Shown here: positions 1 to 13,199 of the stretch, one piece after another
How the letters are laid out: each line of letters begins with the position of its first letter
Numbering within the stretch: position 1 is the first letter of the stretch
Source of the DNA: Lama guanicoe
Lineage: Eukaryota
Length of the DNA stretch: 64,000 nucleotides
Assembly (NCBI GenBank): GCA_013239625.1
Contig: MU054925.1
Location: 24,870,378 to 24,934,377, forward strand
Direction: 5' to 3'
Position numbers and translations under genes: made by a program
The notes under the pieces: model-generated
What the model saw: the letters and a program-made list of their open reading frames with translations, nothing else
Databases searched by the model: none
Told to the model about the DNA's origin: nothing

Positions 1-1204
1 GCTGATAACTTCCAGGAGTTTACTGGTTGAAACCCACCAAACCTTGCTAAAACATGTCCTCCTTAGAGCGAGTGCTAACATACACAAGGGGAGTGGTTGG
101 TACTTACTGCCCGCTTCCGTAATTATCATGCATTTCCTGATGTCATGAATAGTTGGAAATATTGAGAAAAAATCACTCACGTTGGAAGACTTGGGACTGT
201 CCGAGAGGACGGTCTGACACCAAGCTTATGTTCTGCCGTGGGTAGCGTAAACTTTGAGAAGTGGAAGCCAAAGTATGGAAGCAAAAAGATTTCTGTCTGT
301 GTCTGAGGGCACCTGAATGGCTTCTGTAACGAGTGAAATTCCAGCTGGACTTGTGTGTTAACTTCCTTCGTTGTGACGATTGCTAGGAATTGCTCTTCGT
401 TGTGTTTTTGCCGTCACTTGGCGGGCAACCTTGACCTACCCGTACTGGCTGGAATTGTTCGTCTTTGGATGTTTGAGGCACACTGGACTTGGGCCATCAC
501 ACAACACCCAGCACATTAGTGGACCCACCTGTCTTACCTGCTAACGCCTTTCCTTTGAGAGGGGCATTGACAGATTGAACACCTTGAGTTTGAATACTTT
601 CCCATAGCAATCAAAGTGTTTTTCACATGGAGTGTTTCATAACTGCGACCTTGATGGACCCCAGCATCCATGTGATGCAGACAAGGCAGGTGGTAAGAGA
701 CTTGTTTTTCACAGAAGGAGCCCGGGGCACAGATGCGGTTGATGCAGCTTGCCCAAGCTCACGTGCCTGGTTAGAGGGGAGCAGTGGCTAAAATTGAGGT
801 TTCCAGACCTGCAGTTCTCCAGGCTCCTGTGCCTCAGCCACGTGCATTTTACCACCCAGTTCATGGTTTGTGATCTTTGGGTTTTGATTATTGTCATGGC
901 TTTCTAAGGAAAGGACTCAAGACCTACAGTGGTTGTTGCATGGCGGTGGTTTGGTTAACAATCTGTAACTCCCAGCCCTGGCAAAGCTTTGAAGAGCAGA
1001 AGGGGCTGGTTTGGGAGCGCATGTTAGCAAGTGCATTGGGCCCATTCACCTGTATTCCTGACACAGCCAGTCTGTACTGTGAGAAGAGTCTGTGTTTGTG
1101 CAGCTGAGAGACGCAGGGTGATTGGTGGGGGAGTGTGTTATAAAAAGCCAGAAGGTGTTTGGAGTTTGACACACTCTGGCTCAGGTGAGAGGTCCTGAAC
1201 ACAG

Positions 1205-1435
1205 CAGGGTGGTTGAGGGCAAGGGCTGAAGCGTCAGACGAATGGGGCTGAGTCCTGGGGCACTACCGCCACTTCCGAGCTGTCTGATTTGGCATGTCAT
1301 GTGACCTCTCTGAGCCTCAGTGTCTTCATCTGTAAAGTGGGGATAGTAATAGCCCAGACCTCATAGGTAGTTACAAGGATTAAGTGAGATACCATGTACA
1401 AAGCACCTGGGCAGTGCCTGGCAAATTGGAAGTGT
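1205..1435 (+). mobile_element. MIR SINE
   Basis: MIR core ctctctgagcctcagtgtcttcatctgtaaagtggggatagtaatag and 3' part aggattaagtgagat...gcagtgcctggca; boundaries approximate. Confidence 0.85.
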
Positions 1436-2782
1436 TCCGTTACCATTCACGGTAATATAATTTACAGAGCAGGACTCCCCAGGGAGGGGTGAAGTCTCAG
1501 GCAGTCACCAGTGTAGGAAGAAAACCCCGCAAGGAAACCCCACACCTCGTGGTTACTCTGTCACCAGCAGAGCATCTGTAGGAGCTGGGCAGGAATGGGT
1601 TTGTCCGGTTGGAGACAAGCCTTCAAGTCCTGGAGAAGGCAGGGCCAGGGCTGAGGTCCTCGTGTGCCAGAGGCAGGGTGAAAAGAGGAAATTCAGACTC
1701 CAGGGAAGAATCTCCATCAGCTCCTGGAAGCACAAGCATTCAGTACCACTCAGCAGTCACATTTTTCAAATTCTTGCACATAGTCTGAGAACATAATTCA
1801 TTCTGCGGCAGATAAGCAGGCACCCAGAGTGGGTGTCATGGGGTGTGTTGGTCAGGGTTGAGTTGTATGAGGCAGTCAGATAGAAAAGCTCACTCTCCGG
1901 ATTCTCACAAGGCCCAGCATGGGGGTTTCTAGAAGGTGGACCACCGCAGGGCGGAGATGCTTTCCTCTGGGGAAGGGTCTGAGTCTCGTAGCTGTCCCAG
2001 GAGTGCTGGGGCCTGCCCTCCCCGTACCATCCCTGCTCCTGTCAGGCCCCACCCTGGATCAGAGCTGCTTCTGCTTCTTGCTTCTGTCCCTTTGTGTAGC
2101 CGAGATGCCCGGAAAGGGCTCCTCCCATCACAATGGCCTCATGTCCTTGGAGGTACAGGCTGCCTAGCTCTGGGTTCCAGGGTTCAAAGCCTGTCTTTCA
2201 CCCCCTCCAACCCTCGAGCTCGGGGAAGATGGCTTTTCAGTAAGGTGCTCATTCACTCACCTTCCCCGGTGTGTGTCTGGTGTGTGGGGAGGGCCGGCAT
2301 CTCCCATTCTTCCTCCCGGACCCCTTCCTGCTCAGGGTGACTGGGGCCGTGACCTCTTCCTCCTAAAGAAAGGAGTCCACCCCCAGCTCTTGCACACTTG
2401 CGGCCTGTTTTCTGCTGGTCCCTAACCTCAGGCCGCCTCTGGTTTCAGAACCTGGGCGGGCTTGTCATAAATCACACTCTATTCCTTTGCAAGGACTTGG
2501 CTGGGTGTGGTGGGTGCGTGGCTGCCAGGCCAATCAAGGGATATTTTCTTACTTTTAAGAGTGACCCGAAAGGGCGGTTTCCTTATTATTTTAAACTAAA
2601 ACCTCAGTTCCTTAATCCCCGTTTAGCTCAAGCAGCCTGAGGGGGGTAAAGCTTGTCCACTTGACAGCTATCTGAGAGCAAGAGTAAAACTCGGGCCATC
2701 CTGTCACCCATCCACCCCTGAGCGTGGTCAGAAGGGACTGGTTTGGGATGTTCTGTGGAGCCTTGGCATTCCTCGGAGGAGC

Positions 2783-2785
<3 letters not shown>

Positions 2786-2824
<39 letters not shown>
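2786..2824. repeat. (TG)n microsatellite, about 19 units
   Basis: Uninterrupted TG run seen directly. Confidence 0.97.
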
Positions 2825-2826
<2 letters not shown>

Positions 2827-4509
2827 GGGTGCTGAAGTTCTGGTCCTCCAAGCTGTTGTCATTTTCTCTTCTCATCGTGTACAAGATACGGCCACTTCCC
2901 TTCAGGAGACCAGACCTCTTCCTTCCAGTGTATCTCTGTTGAGCTTCTTGATCAGGAGACTTGAAGCACCACTCCTGCCTCCCCTCGCTGCTGCACCACC
3001 TCCATGGCCTGAGCCTCCCCTGGACGTCTACACTAAGGTGTACCCCGAGTTCCTCGCCCTTGGTCAGCAGTCAGGAGGGGCTGGCCACTGTGAGCGTTAC
3101 TGTGACTTATCACCCTGGGGCTCCAGGACCACCCGTGAAGGATGCACCCTGTGATGGTGCCCATCCTGTGGAGGAGGAAATTTGGGTTTGAGAGACATTG
3201 TCTCTTTCTGAGGTGACACTGGCTAGAGTAGTGAGTGGTGTCGCTGAGGCCCGGTCTCTCTGACTCTGGAGACGGTTCTCACCATGTAGCTGCTCGGGCA
3301 GGTGATGACTGCCCTGTGGGGTTTTCACAGGATGGATATGTACGTGATGGTGGGACAGAAACACAGCCAACTCACTCAGTGGGCACCACGTCAAGAGCTT
3401 TGTGTCCACCTCGGCATCCTTCCACATGGGTTCAGAGATGCTGAGTTACTTGCCTGGGGTCACAGAGCCAGTGGGTAAGAGACCCGAGTCTTGAACCCAG
3501 GAGGTCCTACTGGAAAGCCTGCACTACTAACCCCTCCATTAAGAGGCATTTTCCTTCCTTTGAGGCACCAGTGGTATCTCTCGTCTTGACTGTTAACCAA
3601 GAGGCATGATAGAGTTCACCTCTCTTTCCAGCATGATGGCCGGGTACCTCGGAGCCAAGTCCAAGACTACCCTGAATCACTTCTCGTGACTTCCAGTCCC
3701 CAACCGTGTTTGATTCCAGTTTTCTGTACTTACTCCTGTCTCGCTGTACTCCGCTGTCCACTTGGTTATTTTATGGATCACATTTTGTTTATACAGTGGC
3801 TTCAAATCCTTGAGGGGCTGAGGACAGTTACAAATAATGCTAAATAAATACACGGCCTGTTGCAGAAGCATATATAGAAGCATGTAATCCTCAGGCCGTT
3901 GCCCTACTCTCATTTCCTGCGAGGTCTCCTTGCCTTGACCCTATCAGTCGACATCCGTTGGGTTTCCTGGCTACACGTTGAGCAGTGATTGGCGTGTCTG
4001 TTGCACGGTTACAGACGACAGATGGTTGGCTGTAGCTGTGTATTTATTGACTTACTTCCTTTAAGTGCATTCGCTTTCTTGAATGACCGGACTGTCCACG
4101 GATGCTTTTTAAGTTGCCTCCATCCCATGAGAAGACAAATGGGGCAGGAACTGAAGTTAATTGCCCCAAGCAGCCGCTTTCTCACACAGTCTCCCCGTGA
4201 CCCCGTGGGGTGAGCTGTTGCATGACTTCTTTTCGTGGAGAATGCCATCACTGCGATGAGGTGGCCGTAGGTCCGTCTTAGTCCCACACTCGTCTCCTTT
4301 CGTCTGTCTGCGGACCCATCGGCTCTCAAAGCAGTGAACCATTGGAACTTGGTTTCTCATACTTGAACAATTTTCCAGAATTAATCTGTGTTAGGGGTTT
4401 ATTTCTGCTGTGGCCGCTGAATATAAGCAGAATCTGAGCGGGGTCTGAGGGAGCTGGGGAATCAAGTTCGGAGGAGCCGTAAAGGGTCGAGTTGTATTTG
4501 TTCTTTCAT

Positions 4510-4780
4510 CAGATAACGATAGGGCACCTTCTGTGTGCTGAGCCTCATCAGAGGGCTCCAGAGATGGCTGTGAACCACACAGGGGAGGCACCTGCCCTCT
4601 GAGAGCTTGCACTGTGGCTAAGACAGAGAGTAAGTAGGTGAACAGCAAATAGAAGGGTTGTTTCAGAGGCCAGTTGCTATGAAGAATAAAACAGAATGTG
4701 ACTGAGGAGGTGACATGAGTGGTGTAAGTGAAGAATGGGGGTACCCTAGCCATGGGAAGAGCCAGGAAAAGCAAGGAAGA
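4510..4780 (-). mobile_element. LINE-2 fragment (degenerate)
   Basis: gcaccttctgtgtgctgag...cctgccctctgagagcttgcac resembles the antisense L2 3' end. Confidence 0.55.
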
Positions 4781-6531
4781 ACAGGGCGGTGGCCCTGAGT
4801 GTCTGCCAGCACCGTTTGCCAGCACTCTGCTAAGTCAGTGGATAAAAGGCTACTTTAGCAGAAGTCTCTAGGGTGATTATTGAACAACTGTGTCTTTTCC
4901 TTACAAAGCTGCCAGTTCATGGGGGTGTCAAGGTCCAGGCCCCTTTTTGCTCATCATTGTTTCTCCTATGATGGGCATAGTGACCAAGTCTTGACAGAGG
5001 CACGGTAAATAGTGGATGGATAGATGGACGAAATAGAATCTAAAAGAAAATAAAAGGCAGTGAAGGGCAATGGAGCACCCTAAAGACTTGAGCTTGTTCC
5101 AGAGTGGGTGTCTTGGAGAACAGCGACACACAGAGTGATAAGTCCAAGCCGTCGTCAGGTGGGGACTTGTCACTGGTACTTGGGAGTGGTTGGAGGGGAA
5201 AAGATAGAACCAGGGAGCACGCGCAGGAAGGATGGATCCTGTGTTGTATGTAAGAAACACCCAGAGGTAAAGAAGAGCAGGGAGAGGGAGAAGGAAGGGC
5301 ACAATCAAGAAGTGCTTTGTGGGCAAATGAGGCAGACACCTGTGAGTGTAGCATGCAGGCTAGTGGCTGGAAGGAGGGCCCCAGTGATGGAGGTGCACGT
5401 GGGCAGATGGAAACATGGCGGCTCTCTGGGGTGGGGGGCCTGCTACATCAGGCGCTAGGTGTGGGGAGAGGTTACAGATGGAGGAGTTAAGGGGCTTGAG
5501 GAGGCTGGTAAGATTTTGTGTTTTTTTCTGGGATTACAAGCCTAGGGTTACCTTCTGTAGGGAAATGCCATCTTTCCAAATGGGGGAGGATATGAAATTG
5601 GCAGAAAGATCCAACTGGGAGAAGCAAATATATTGTTTGGAGCTTTGTTTTCTTCCTCTGGAAATTGACCGTATTGTATTTTTATGTAAATAACTCACAA
5701 CAGCGTGGTGTTTGCAAAGGGGTGAAAAGAGAATGCTCATAAATGAAGTTAAGACACCATATTGTGTTTTTACATCAACAATGTATACTATTGCTTGCAG
5801 TGGGTCCAAAAACAAAAAATGTGTATCCAAGAGGCGAGTTACCTGTTCATTGTGAGCTGCTTCATCTAACCACCCTTTACCTGTCCTATAAGACGCGATT
5901 TGAAAATCATCTTTTTTCATGAAGATTTTGGGATCACTCCAGCCCCGTGTCATCCTTGCCAGCTCTGAGCTTCTATAATATAATTGTCTGTGTAGCTTCT
6001 GGAGCACGTTTTACTTATACACTTCAGCCTTACTTCTGCGCGTGCCACCGTAACCCGGTGCGGAGCCCTACAGGGGCAGGGAGCTCGTCCTACACATCTG
6101 GACGTGTCCACAAGGCTGTGCAAGGGGGAGGGCTCACAGAAGTCCTTAAACACATGAGTGGCCGTGGCACAATCACCAGAAATACATTCTGTTTCCATTG
6201 TGGGTGGGGTTGGTTTGTATGTGTGCAGACGGTCGTGCTTAATTGGCTAAAGGTTGCCTGCCGTGCCTTAGCGTGCTTCCCAAGCCCAGGTGACTCCAGC
6301 TGCTCCAACTGAGACATCCCACAGCAGTGGCTTTAAAGGCTCCATGTAGGAAAACTCAGGCTGTAGACTCCAGAGAACAATAGTGCGTGGAACGGTGTTC
6401 ACCCTTGGTCCGAGCTTAGACCGCTGGTGAGGATTTGTGGCTGGCTCTGCTCTTTGTGAGGTTTCGGTGTCCCAAGTGGGGTGCAATAACTGGTCTGTCA
6501 GTGTTGACTGTCTCTGGGTTCTCGTTGACAG

Positions 6532-6712
6532 CACTCCTTCTTCTGCCGGTTGACAGAAGATAAGAAGTCAGAGAAATTCTTCAAGGTCTTCTACGACCGA
6601 ATGAAGGTGGCCCAGCAAGAAATCAAGGCGACGGTGACGGTGAACACAAGTGACTTGGGAAATAAAAAGAAAGATGACGAGGTGGACAGGGACGCTCCAT
6701 CCCGGAAGAAAG
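6532..6712 (+). CDS. ITPR1: ITPR1 exon ([25 protein letters not shown]...DAPSRKK), phase 0/1
   Basis: ttgacag|CACTCC acceptor, AAAG|gtaaat donor; 181 nt; IP3R1 regulatory-region sequence. Confidence 0.97.
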
Positions 6713-7473
6713 GTAAATCCCCCGTCCCGCATGCAGCCCTTCATCCAGCTGGGCTGTGAACATGCGCGGGATCCCTGGTTGTCCTTCAGTTTCCACGTGA
6801 CTTCTCGACTTCACACTGTTCTGATTGGGGCTTTCGGCAGAAGACGCCCCGTCTGATGCAAGTCCTCCTCTGTGCCCTGAGCCGAATGCCTGCTGCTTGG
6901 GAGGCTCCTCATGTTTCATAAATGAATATGCATTCTTCTTGGTCCAGCTCAGGGTGTTATTGACAGGAAATCCATCAATAATCTTTTCCTGTATAATTTT
7001 CCATTTAGTGTTAGAGAAACTTGAAGACAAGCCCTTGAAAACTGGATGTTGTTTTTTTTTTCTCACCTAATTCTCTCATATTTTCTAAAATATTTGAGAG
7101 TTCATAAAGCTTTTTTCCCATTATCTCCCTCAAAGGGAAGTCATCATGGGGAGCAGGTAGACTCAAAAGTGTTGGAGTCCAATGGCCGTGAGCAGGTTTG
7201 ACCTTGGTTTTTTAAGTTTAGAGCTGGGCTTCTCAGCCACAGCACACCTGACATCTGAAGAGGGCCGTGCTGTCAGGGCTGTCCTGTGCATTGCAGGCTC
7301 TTCAGCGGCATGTGTGGGCTCCACCCAGCTGGTGCCAGCAGCCCGCCCCCTACTTAAAATAAACCAGATGTTGCCTGTCATCCCCTGGGTAGAGATGGGG
7401 TCAAAATCATCACTCGTTTATAACCACTGGTCTAGAATGGGAATAAAGAGAAGTAAAAGAAGAACAGCTGGCA

Positions 7474-7700
7474 TTTACTGAGTTCCTTCTCTGAACCAGG
7501 CACTGTCCAAAGTCCTTTACATGTGCTGCTTCATTTAGAACAAGTCATCCCTGCAAAATAGATGAAACTGTTATGCCCATTTTATAGATGAGGAAACTGA
7601 GGCACAGGGGTGGTAGTGAACTTGTTTAGGGTGTGCAGCTAGTAGGCACTAGAGCCAGGGTTTGAAACCAGGAGGTCTGGCTACAGAGTCTCATGCTCCT
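7474..7700 (-). mobile_element. MIR SINE
   Basis: atttactgag...ccaggcactgt and cccattttatagatgaggaaactgaggcacag...gagccagggtttgaaaccagg match the MIR reverse consensus. Confidence 0.88.
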
Positions 7701-8205
7701 GCCCCTCATGCCCAGTTACCTTACAGAGTTACTCCAAGGATTCGGTAAGATGATACACAGAAAGTGCTTAATCACGGTGCCTTGGCACTTAGAAAAGGGA
7801 TCCATCAATTGTCGCTACAGTAACAATTACAATTCGCTTGGCATTATGTTGACCCTCTCGGGAACATTCTGGAGGTGGACGTCACTGATGCTCTCCCCAT
7901 TTTAGAGATAAGGAGGCTGAGGCCCAGAGTCATAGATCTGTGAGGTTGACACAATCTGCACTCCTTTTCCTCTAAACCACAGGGCAAGCATAGGTGAAAT
8001 GTTAAGAGCCACGAGCGTGTTGGCAGGGCTGGACCCAGTTTTAATCCTGAGGACGGAGGGAAGATGGTGACTTCTTTGAGTATTTTGCTAACTTGGAGAG
8101 GCTGTCTGGTGAATACCAGAACTTAGGTTCTGAACGTCATCTTGGTGTGCTGACTAAGGCTCCTGGGGGTGCAGCAGCGTTGACCATCCTATGTTTGCAT
8201 TCCAG

Positions 8206-8459
8206 CCAAAGAGCCTGCGACACAAATAACAGAAGAGGTCCGGGATCAGCTCCTGGAGGCCTCTGCTGCCACCAGGAAAGCCTTCACCACCTTCAGGAGG
8301 GAGGCCGACCCCGACGACCACTACCAGTCCGGGGAGGGCGCCCAGGCTACAGCAGACAAGACCAAGGACGACCTGGAGATGAGTGCAGTCATCACCATCA
8401 TGCAGCCCATCCTCCGCTTCCTGCAGCTCCTATGCGAGAACCACAACCGGGACCTACAG
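8206..8459 (+). CDS. ITPR1: ITPR1 exon ([15 protein letters not shown]...[17 protein letters not shown]), phase 1/0
   Basis: ttccag|CCAAAG acceptor, CAG|gtgagg donor; 254 nt; start of the RIH-associated domain (LCENHN). Confidence 0.97.
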
Positions 8460-8992
8460 GTGAGGGCCGAGGGGCTGGCAGGGCCGCAGCTCCTCCCAGC
8501 TGCCACCACTTCCTCTGACGTCTCAGCTCCATACCCTTCAGCTGGTTTCTCTGAGTTGAGGACCCAGGATGATTCTCGTTATCTGGGCAACAGAAGTGTT
8601 TCTGTGTCTGTCTTCCCCATCATCTCCATGGGAACTGGGGCCAAGACTGTGTCTCTTGCTCACTAGTGTAGGTACCACCTGCTCCATATATATTTGTTCT
8701 GTGTGTGTGTGTGCGCGCACATGCGCACTCTTGCATGTGTGTATGTGGTAGCCTGCCACTGCTGGACATACAGATGCACAGGTAAAACTTGGATGGATGG
8801 GTGGATGATGAAATATACTAGACCTACAAAATCTGGTAGTTCATAGAAACTCAGAAAATTCTAATCAAGCATTTGTTGACTGAATGAAGTGACTTTCTCA
8901 TGTTACACAAATAAATATTCAAAGATACTTAGCTGGTTATTCCAGAAATTCTTTTTTTGCTTTTTTGTTGTTGGATGATGACAGTGGCCAAG

Positions 8993-9125
8993 GTTTACTG
9001 AGCACCTAGAATATCCTGGATGCTGAGTGTTGCCTGTATGATTACACTTGTCATGGATGAAGAAACCGAGATGCACAGGACCAGGAAGGGAATGTAGAGC
9101 TGGGCCTGGAACCCAGGCGTTCTGA
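8993..9125 (-). mobile_element. MIR SINE fragment
   Basis: tttactgagcacct...gatgaagaaaccgag...gagctgggcctggaacccagg. Confidence 0.65.
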
Positions 9126-12100
9126 TGGTAGAGTTTGTGCTGGCTCCAGAGATACCATTGGTTCTGAGTGGGCATAGATCTGCGGGGCCGTCCCTGCCCA
9201 GGAGAGGCGCGCTAGGGCACCGGGTCCTTGGCCATGACCTGGTTTTGCTGCTGACTGATGAAGAAAACACCCCTCTCTGCTTAAAAGGGATGAGGATGAA
9301 CAAGAAAAGTGTGTCTAAACTCCTCTAAGGTAGAATGTTCTCTCCTAAAATAAGTTGGTGATGGTCGTTTTGCTTATTTGAATAATGACAGTTTGAAAAG
9401 AAAATAATTCTAGTCCAAACATAGCAAGGGGAAGGTGCAGCCTTGAAGTATTTGCACTGCTGACTTTATGCACCAGGTGATCTGATGGCCTTTCACATGT
9501 AGCTGTGGCCAGACCATTCAGTGCCGCCACCATACGTCACTCGCACTGAAAACCTACCACAGAATCTCTGGATAAGTTGAGTAAGAAATTATGTTGTTTA
9601 AACAGGAAGACAGAACAATGAACCAGAAGTGGGTGAATTCTGCAGTATGATACCTTCTGTGCTGATTTTTATTTTCAGTCAAATTGGTCTAAGAGCCTGG
9701 ACTTTGAAAAAGCTTCCAGATCCAAGGTCTTCCACTAGCTAAATCTGGCCCACCCTTCAAAATGAAGAGGTGTCTGTGAGCCCCTCTCCTGGCCAGGCTG
9801 GGGCCCGGGCTCTTTCTCCGCTTTGCTGCCCGCTCCCTTCCTCCGTTGACGTTCCTGGCTTGATCCCTGTGCACGCTGCAGTGTGCAGTCTTGGCTGCCA
9901 GGCTTTTCTTGCCTGTTGCTCAAACATTCCTACCTGGGACGTGGAGCACATTGGCCTGGACTGTCCAGCTCCATCAGGTAGAACGGAGCCCTCACAACCC
10001 AGAGGTCCGGGATTTGGTGACTATCTCATTGGCTGCTATTTCTCTGTCTGATGGCTGACTGTGTCCCTTCCACTTTTTCTGTCTATACCATTAATCACCA
10101 AGGAGACAGACCAAGGGAGTGTGACAACGTGGGAAGCCAGGCTGTCCCACCAGCAGGAAAACAAAGGCTGCAGCTCGATTGTGGCATCTTTGTGGGTGGG
10201 GCCCCCACCCTGCTGCAGAGGCGGTTTCTAGGCTGACTTTAGAGGTCAGTGGCCTGTATTGGTCCCCTGTGCTGATGTCACTGGTCTCTACCAACCTGGG
10301 GCTCCAAAGGAGAAGAGGATTGAGATGATGCCTGTGTATGTTCATGTCATCATCTCGGTGAGCACCTGCTCTGTGCCCGGCACTGGGGCTGATGGAGACT
10401 CTACCTCTCCCCTCACAGAGCTGAGCGTCTAGGTAGGAGCCACCTGGCAAGTGGGTGACGGCAGTGCAGCGGGTCAGTGCTGCAGCAGTGGCATCTTCGG
10501 GCTCTTTTGGGTTCCAAGCAGGAGAACCCACACAACGTGCCAGATCCAGGAAGGCTTCTCAGAGAGGCTGATGGCTGCTGAGTTCTGAACTAACAAAACT
10601 CAAGGCTACCTTGAGTAGAGTCCATCCGTGAATGTCAGAGGGGTGGTCCTGATGGGCTTGTTTCCTGAGCCTGGTTCTGGGGTCACAGACCTGTTCTGCC
10701 TTCCGTCAGCCCCCTTGACCTCCCTCCTTCACTGCGCACCCAGTGTCCGCTGTGCAAGCAGAGTGTACGAGTTCACCACTTCTTATTGGAAGTCTTCACC
10801 ATCTTTTCCTGGTACCTTAGCTCTTTGCAGAACTCTGCTTTGAATTAATTCCCTAAGAACCCTGTGGGCAGACGCACCTTTTAATGGATCCTTCTAAAAC
10901 TCTATTCTCCAATACACCACTCTGTGGAAAACCATGGTATTGGGGGAAGAGGGCGTGTACCGTATATTGTAACAGATTTTTTTTAAAAACTTGGCAGCTT
11001 AACCTTTGAAGGTACCATAAAGCCAGTGGCTTTAAACTTTTTTGTTTGGAGCTGCAGAATCGTTTGAACATCTGGGGCAGAAGTGTACTACATAAAGCAG
11101 ACGAGGGTTGCTTTGTTCAGAGTAGAAACTACTGAGTAGAACTTTCCTTTCCTCCCTCACCTGCAAGAACCCTGGGAGGTGGGGCATTCCAGGGGTCCTC
11201 CAGGGTTGTGCAGGGTCTCCCAGTTGGAAAACCAGTGATCTGGACAGCGGTTCACAACAGTGAAGGTCGCTTGCATCTTTAAAGATACCCACTAAATCAG
11301 ACACACTGAAGTAGTAATAAAATTGCTCTGAGAAGATGATGTTGGTAGGAATCTGGATCTCAAGATGCTGGTTTTAAGTGAGACTCAACTACTATGAACT
11401 CTGCGTGGTTGGCAGTTTTGTGGAACAGATGGTGGATCTCTGGGTCAGGGTTTCCTTGCAGATCTGAGGGAGAAGACTTTCTCACCAGGAGAGAATTATC
11501 GGCTCCCTGGAATAAGGAAGTGTGTGGATAAGGTCAGAGAGAGCAGGAATTCAGCCTTTTGAAGTTGCCCAAAGTTTCTTGTCATATTTACAACCTTAGC
11601 TTTCCTGTTGGTGAGTGCTCAGTAGAGATAAAGCACCACGTTTGATTTGGCCCCACAGGCAGTTGTTACCTTTAGTGAGCTTTGTTCGCAGCAGTGAGAA
11701 ATGTGATGGGAAGGACTGTTCTTGAACCATTTTCCATGTGCTTTTGAACCATCACCTGGGAGGCTGTCTTGCCTTTCACCTTGGTTAAGGAATGCGGGTC
11801 CTGATCTCTCTCCACTGAAGTCTGTATGAGTGCAGACTTGAAGTCTTTGATTTCCTTAATCGGCTCATCTTGACTTGATCACCAGGCCTCCAAGGAAGAC
11901 CACAGGAAGAACTGGATTTCTCTAGCCTGGACAAGCTGGGCTGGGCGGTGTGTGCTCAGGGTGAACTCTATGCCTTGAGCACAGAAGGAGTTCCTTTGGC
12001 CCTTTAGCGAGTGGCGTGCCTCTTTTTGTCGTGGACAAAAGAAAATGGATCTTACTCAGGAAGGAGAGATTCTAGCTAGATACTCTGCAAAAACTGTGAG

Positions 12101-12194
12101 AAATGGGAGAGACTTTCACGACACGGCAGCCACGATCCTTCCTGGGGCGTTTGAAACATATCAGCCTTGATGGCTTCCCAAGTCCCCCTTCCTC

Positions 12195-12570
12195 CATTCG
12201 TTTGGTTTAGTTCAGACATTTCAGCCAGTGTGTATGAAGCACCTGGCCTGAGCCAGTCCCCGTGCTGGCTGCCGGTCACCTGTGCTGTCAGCACGGCAAT
12301 GGGCAGAGTAGGCAGACATCCCTAAGTGCAGCACTAAGGGTGAGGCGGGCTGTGAGAGGGGGTGTGGTGCTCCCATCTCACTGGAATCAGGATGGAGGAG
12401 CAGGGAGGGCTTCCTGAAAGAAGTGACTGAGACCCCATCCTGAAGGAAGAGTAAGTAATCAGGGTGGAGACAGGGAGAGAGTGACAGGCAGAAGGAGTAG
12501 TGGGGCGGAAGCCCTTGAGATGAGAGACTGAAAGGTGCTTAAAGAGCAGGGAGAAGTTTGTTCCTCCCAG
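12195..12570 (-). mobile_element. LINE-2 fragment
   Basis: cagggagggcttcctgaaagaagtgac...cctgaaggaagagtaag...caggcagaagg is typical antisense L2. Confidence 0.65.
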
Positions 12571-12572
12571 AC

Positions 12573-12690
12573 AGAGAGGGGCATGATGGGAGAGATGACG
12601 TCACTGAGTAGAGAGAGGCATGATGGGAGCGATGATGTCACTGAGCAGAGGGGGGCATGATGGGAGAGATGACGTCACTGGGCAGAGAGG
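12573..12690. repeat. Minisatellite, 37-bp unit, 3 copies plus a partial, with CRE motifs
   Basis: Unit approx. AGAGRGGGGCATGATGGGAGAGATGACGTCACTGAGY; TGAYGTCA cores at 12596, 12633 and 12670 (period 37). Confidence 0.93.
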
Positions 12691-13199
12691 ACATGGTGAG
12701 AATGGTGACACAGGAGTTGGAGAGGCAAATGGAGAGAGCCATGCTTCGAATTTGAGCTTTGGACAGCCAGGCCCTCTCCTGCCTCTTCCTGAGTACTCCT
12801 CCACCCCGCGGCTGCAAGGTGAGGGGCTCCACCAGGTCCCCGGTCAGGTAGCATCTTTGCTGAGCGGCTGGAGCCGGAAATGCTGTGGAACTCTCCTCTG
12901 GCTTCCTGTGGCCCTTAGAAAAGTGGTCACCTTAGGAAAGCACACTTGGTCCCAAATCACCTGTCCCCCTACCTCCCACCCAGACCTGAATGATTGTTCA
13001 GTTTTTAGACTAGTTCGGAAGGCTTGACCATAAGGGACTGAGGTTAACTTGGGGTGGGAGTAGTGCTGGGGGATGGTTAGTTGGATGTTGAGTCAAGCAT
13101 TAAATTGGATTACCAGCTCTTAATGTGTGCATTTATAAAGGTTTTAATTATCCAAGGAATGCATGGATATACTGTTTTTCTGTGAAGGTTTAAATGAAA

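Noticed and set aside
1-6531. EGOT antisense lncRNA or an upstream ITPR1 exon in the first intron
   Set aside because: No exon encoding the expected preceding ...LLEGGNTTIQ is visible. EGOT lies in an ITPR1 intron in human, but I cannot recognise it from this sequence and it probably lies further upstream.
7474-7930. Oppositely oriented MIR fragments as a dsRNA/editing substrate
   Set aside because: The copies are too diverged to pair over any useful length.
12573-12690. 37-bp periodic repeat as a CRISPR-like array
   Set aside because: Units are head-to-tail with no unique spacers, in a mammalian intron; it is a minisatellite.
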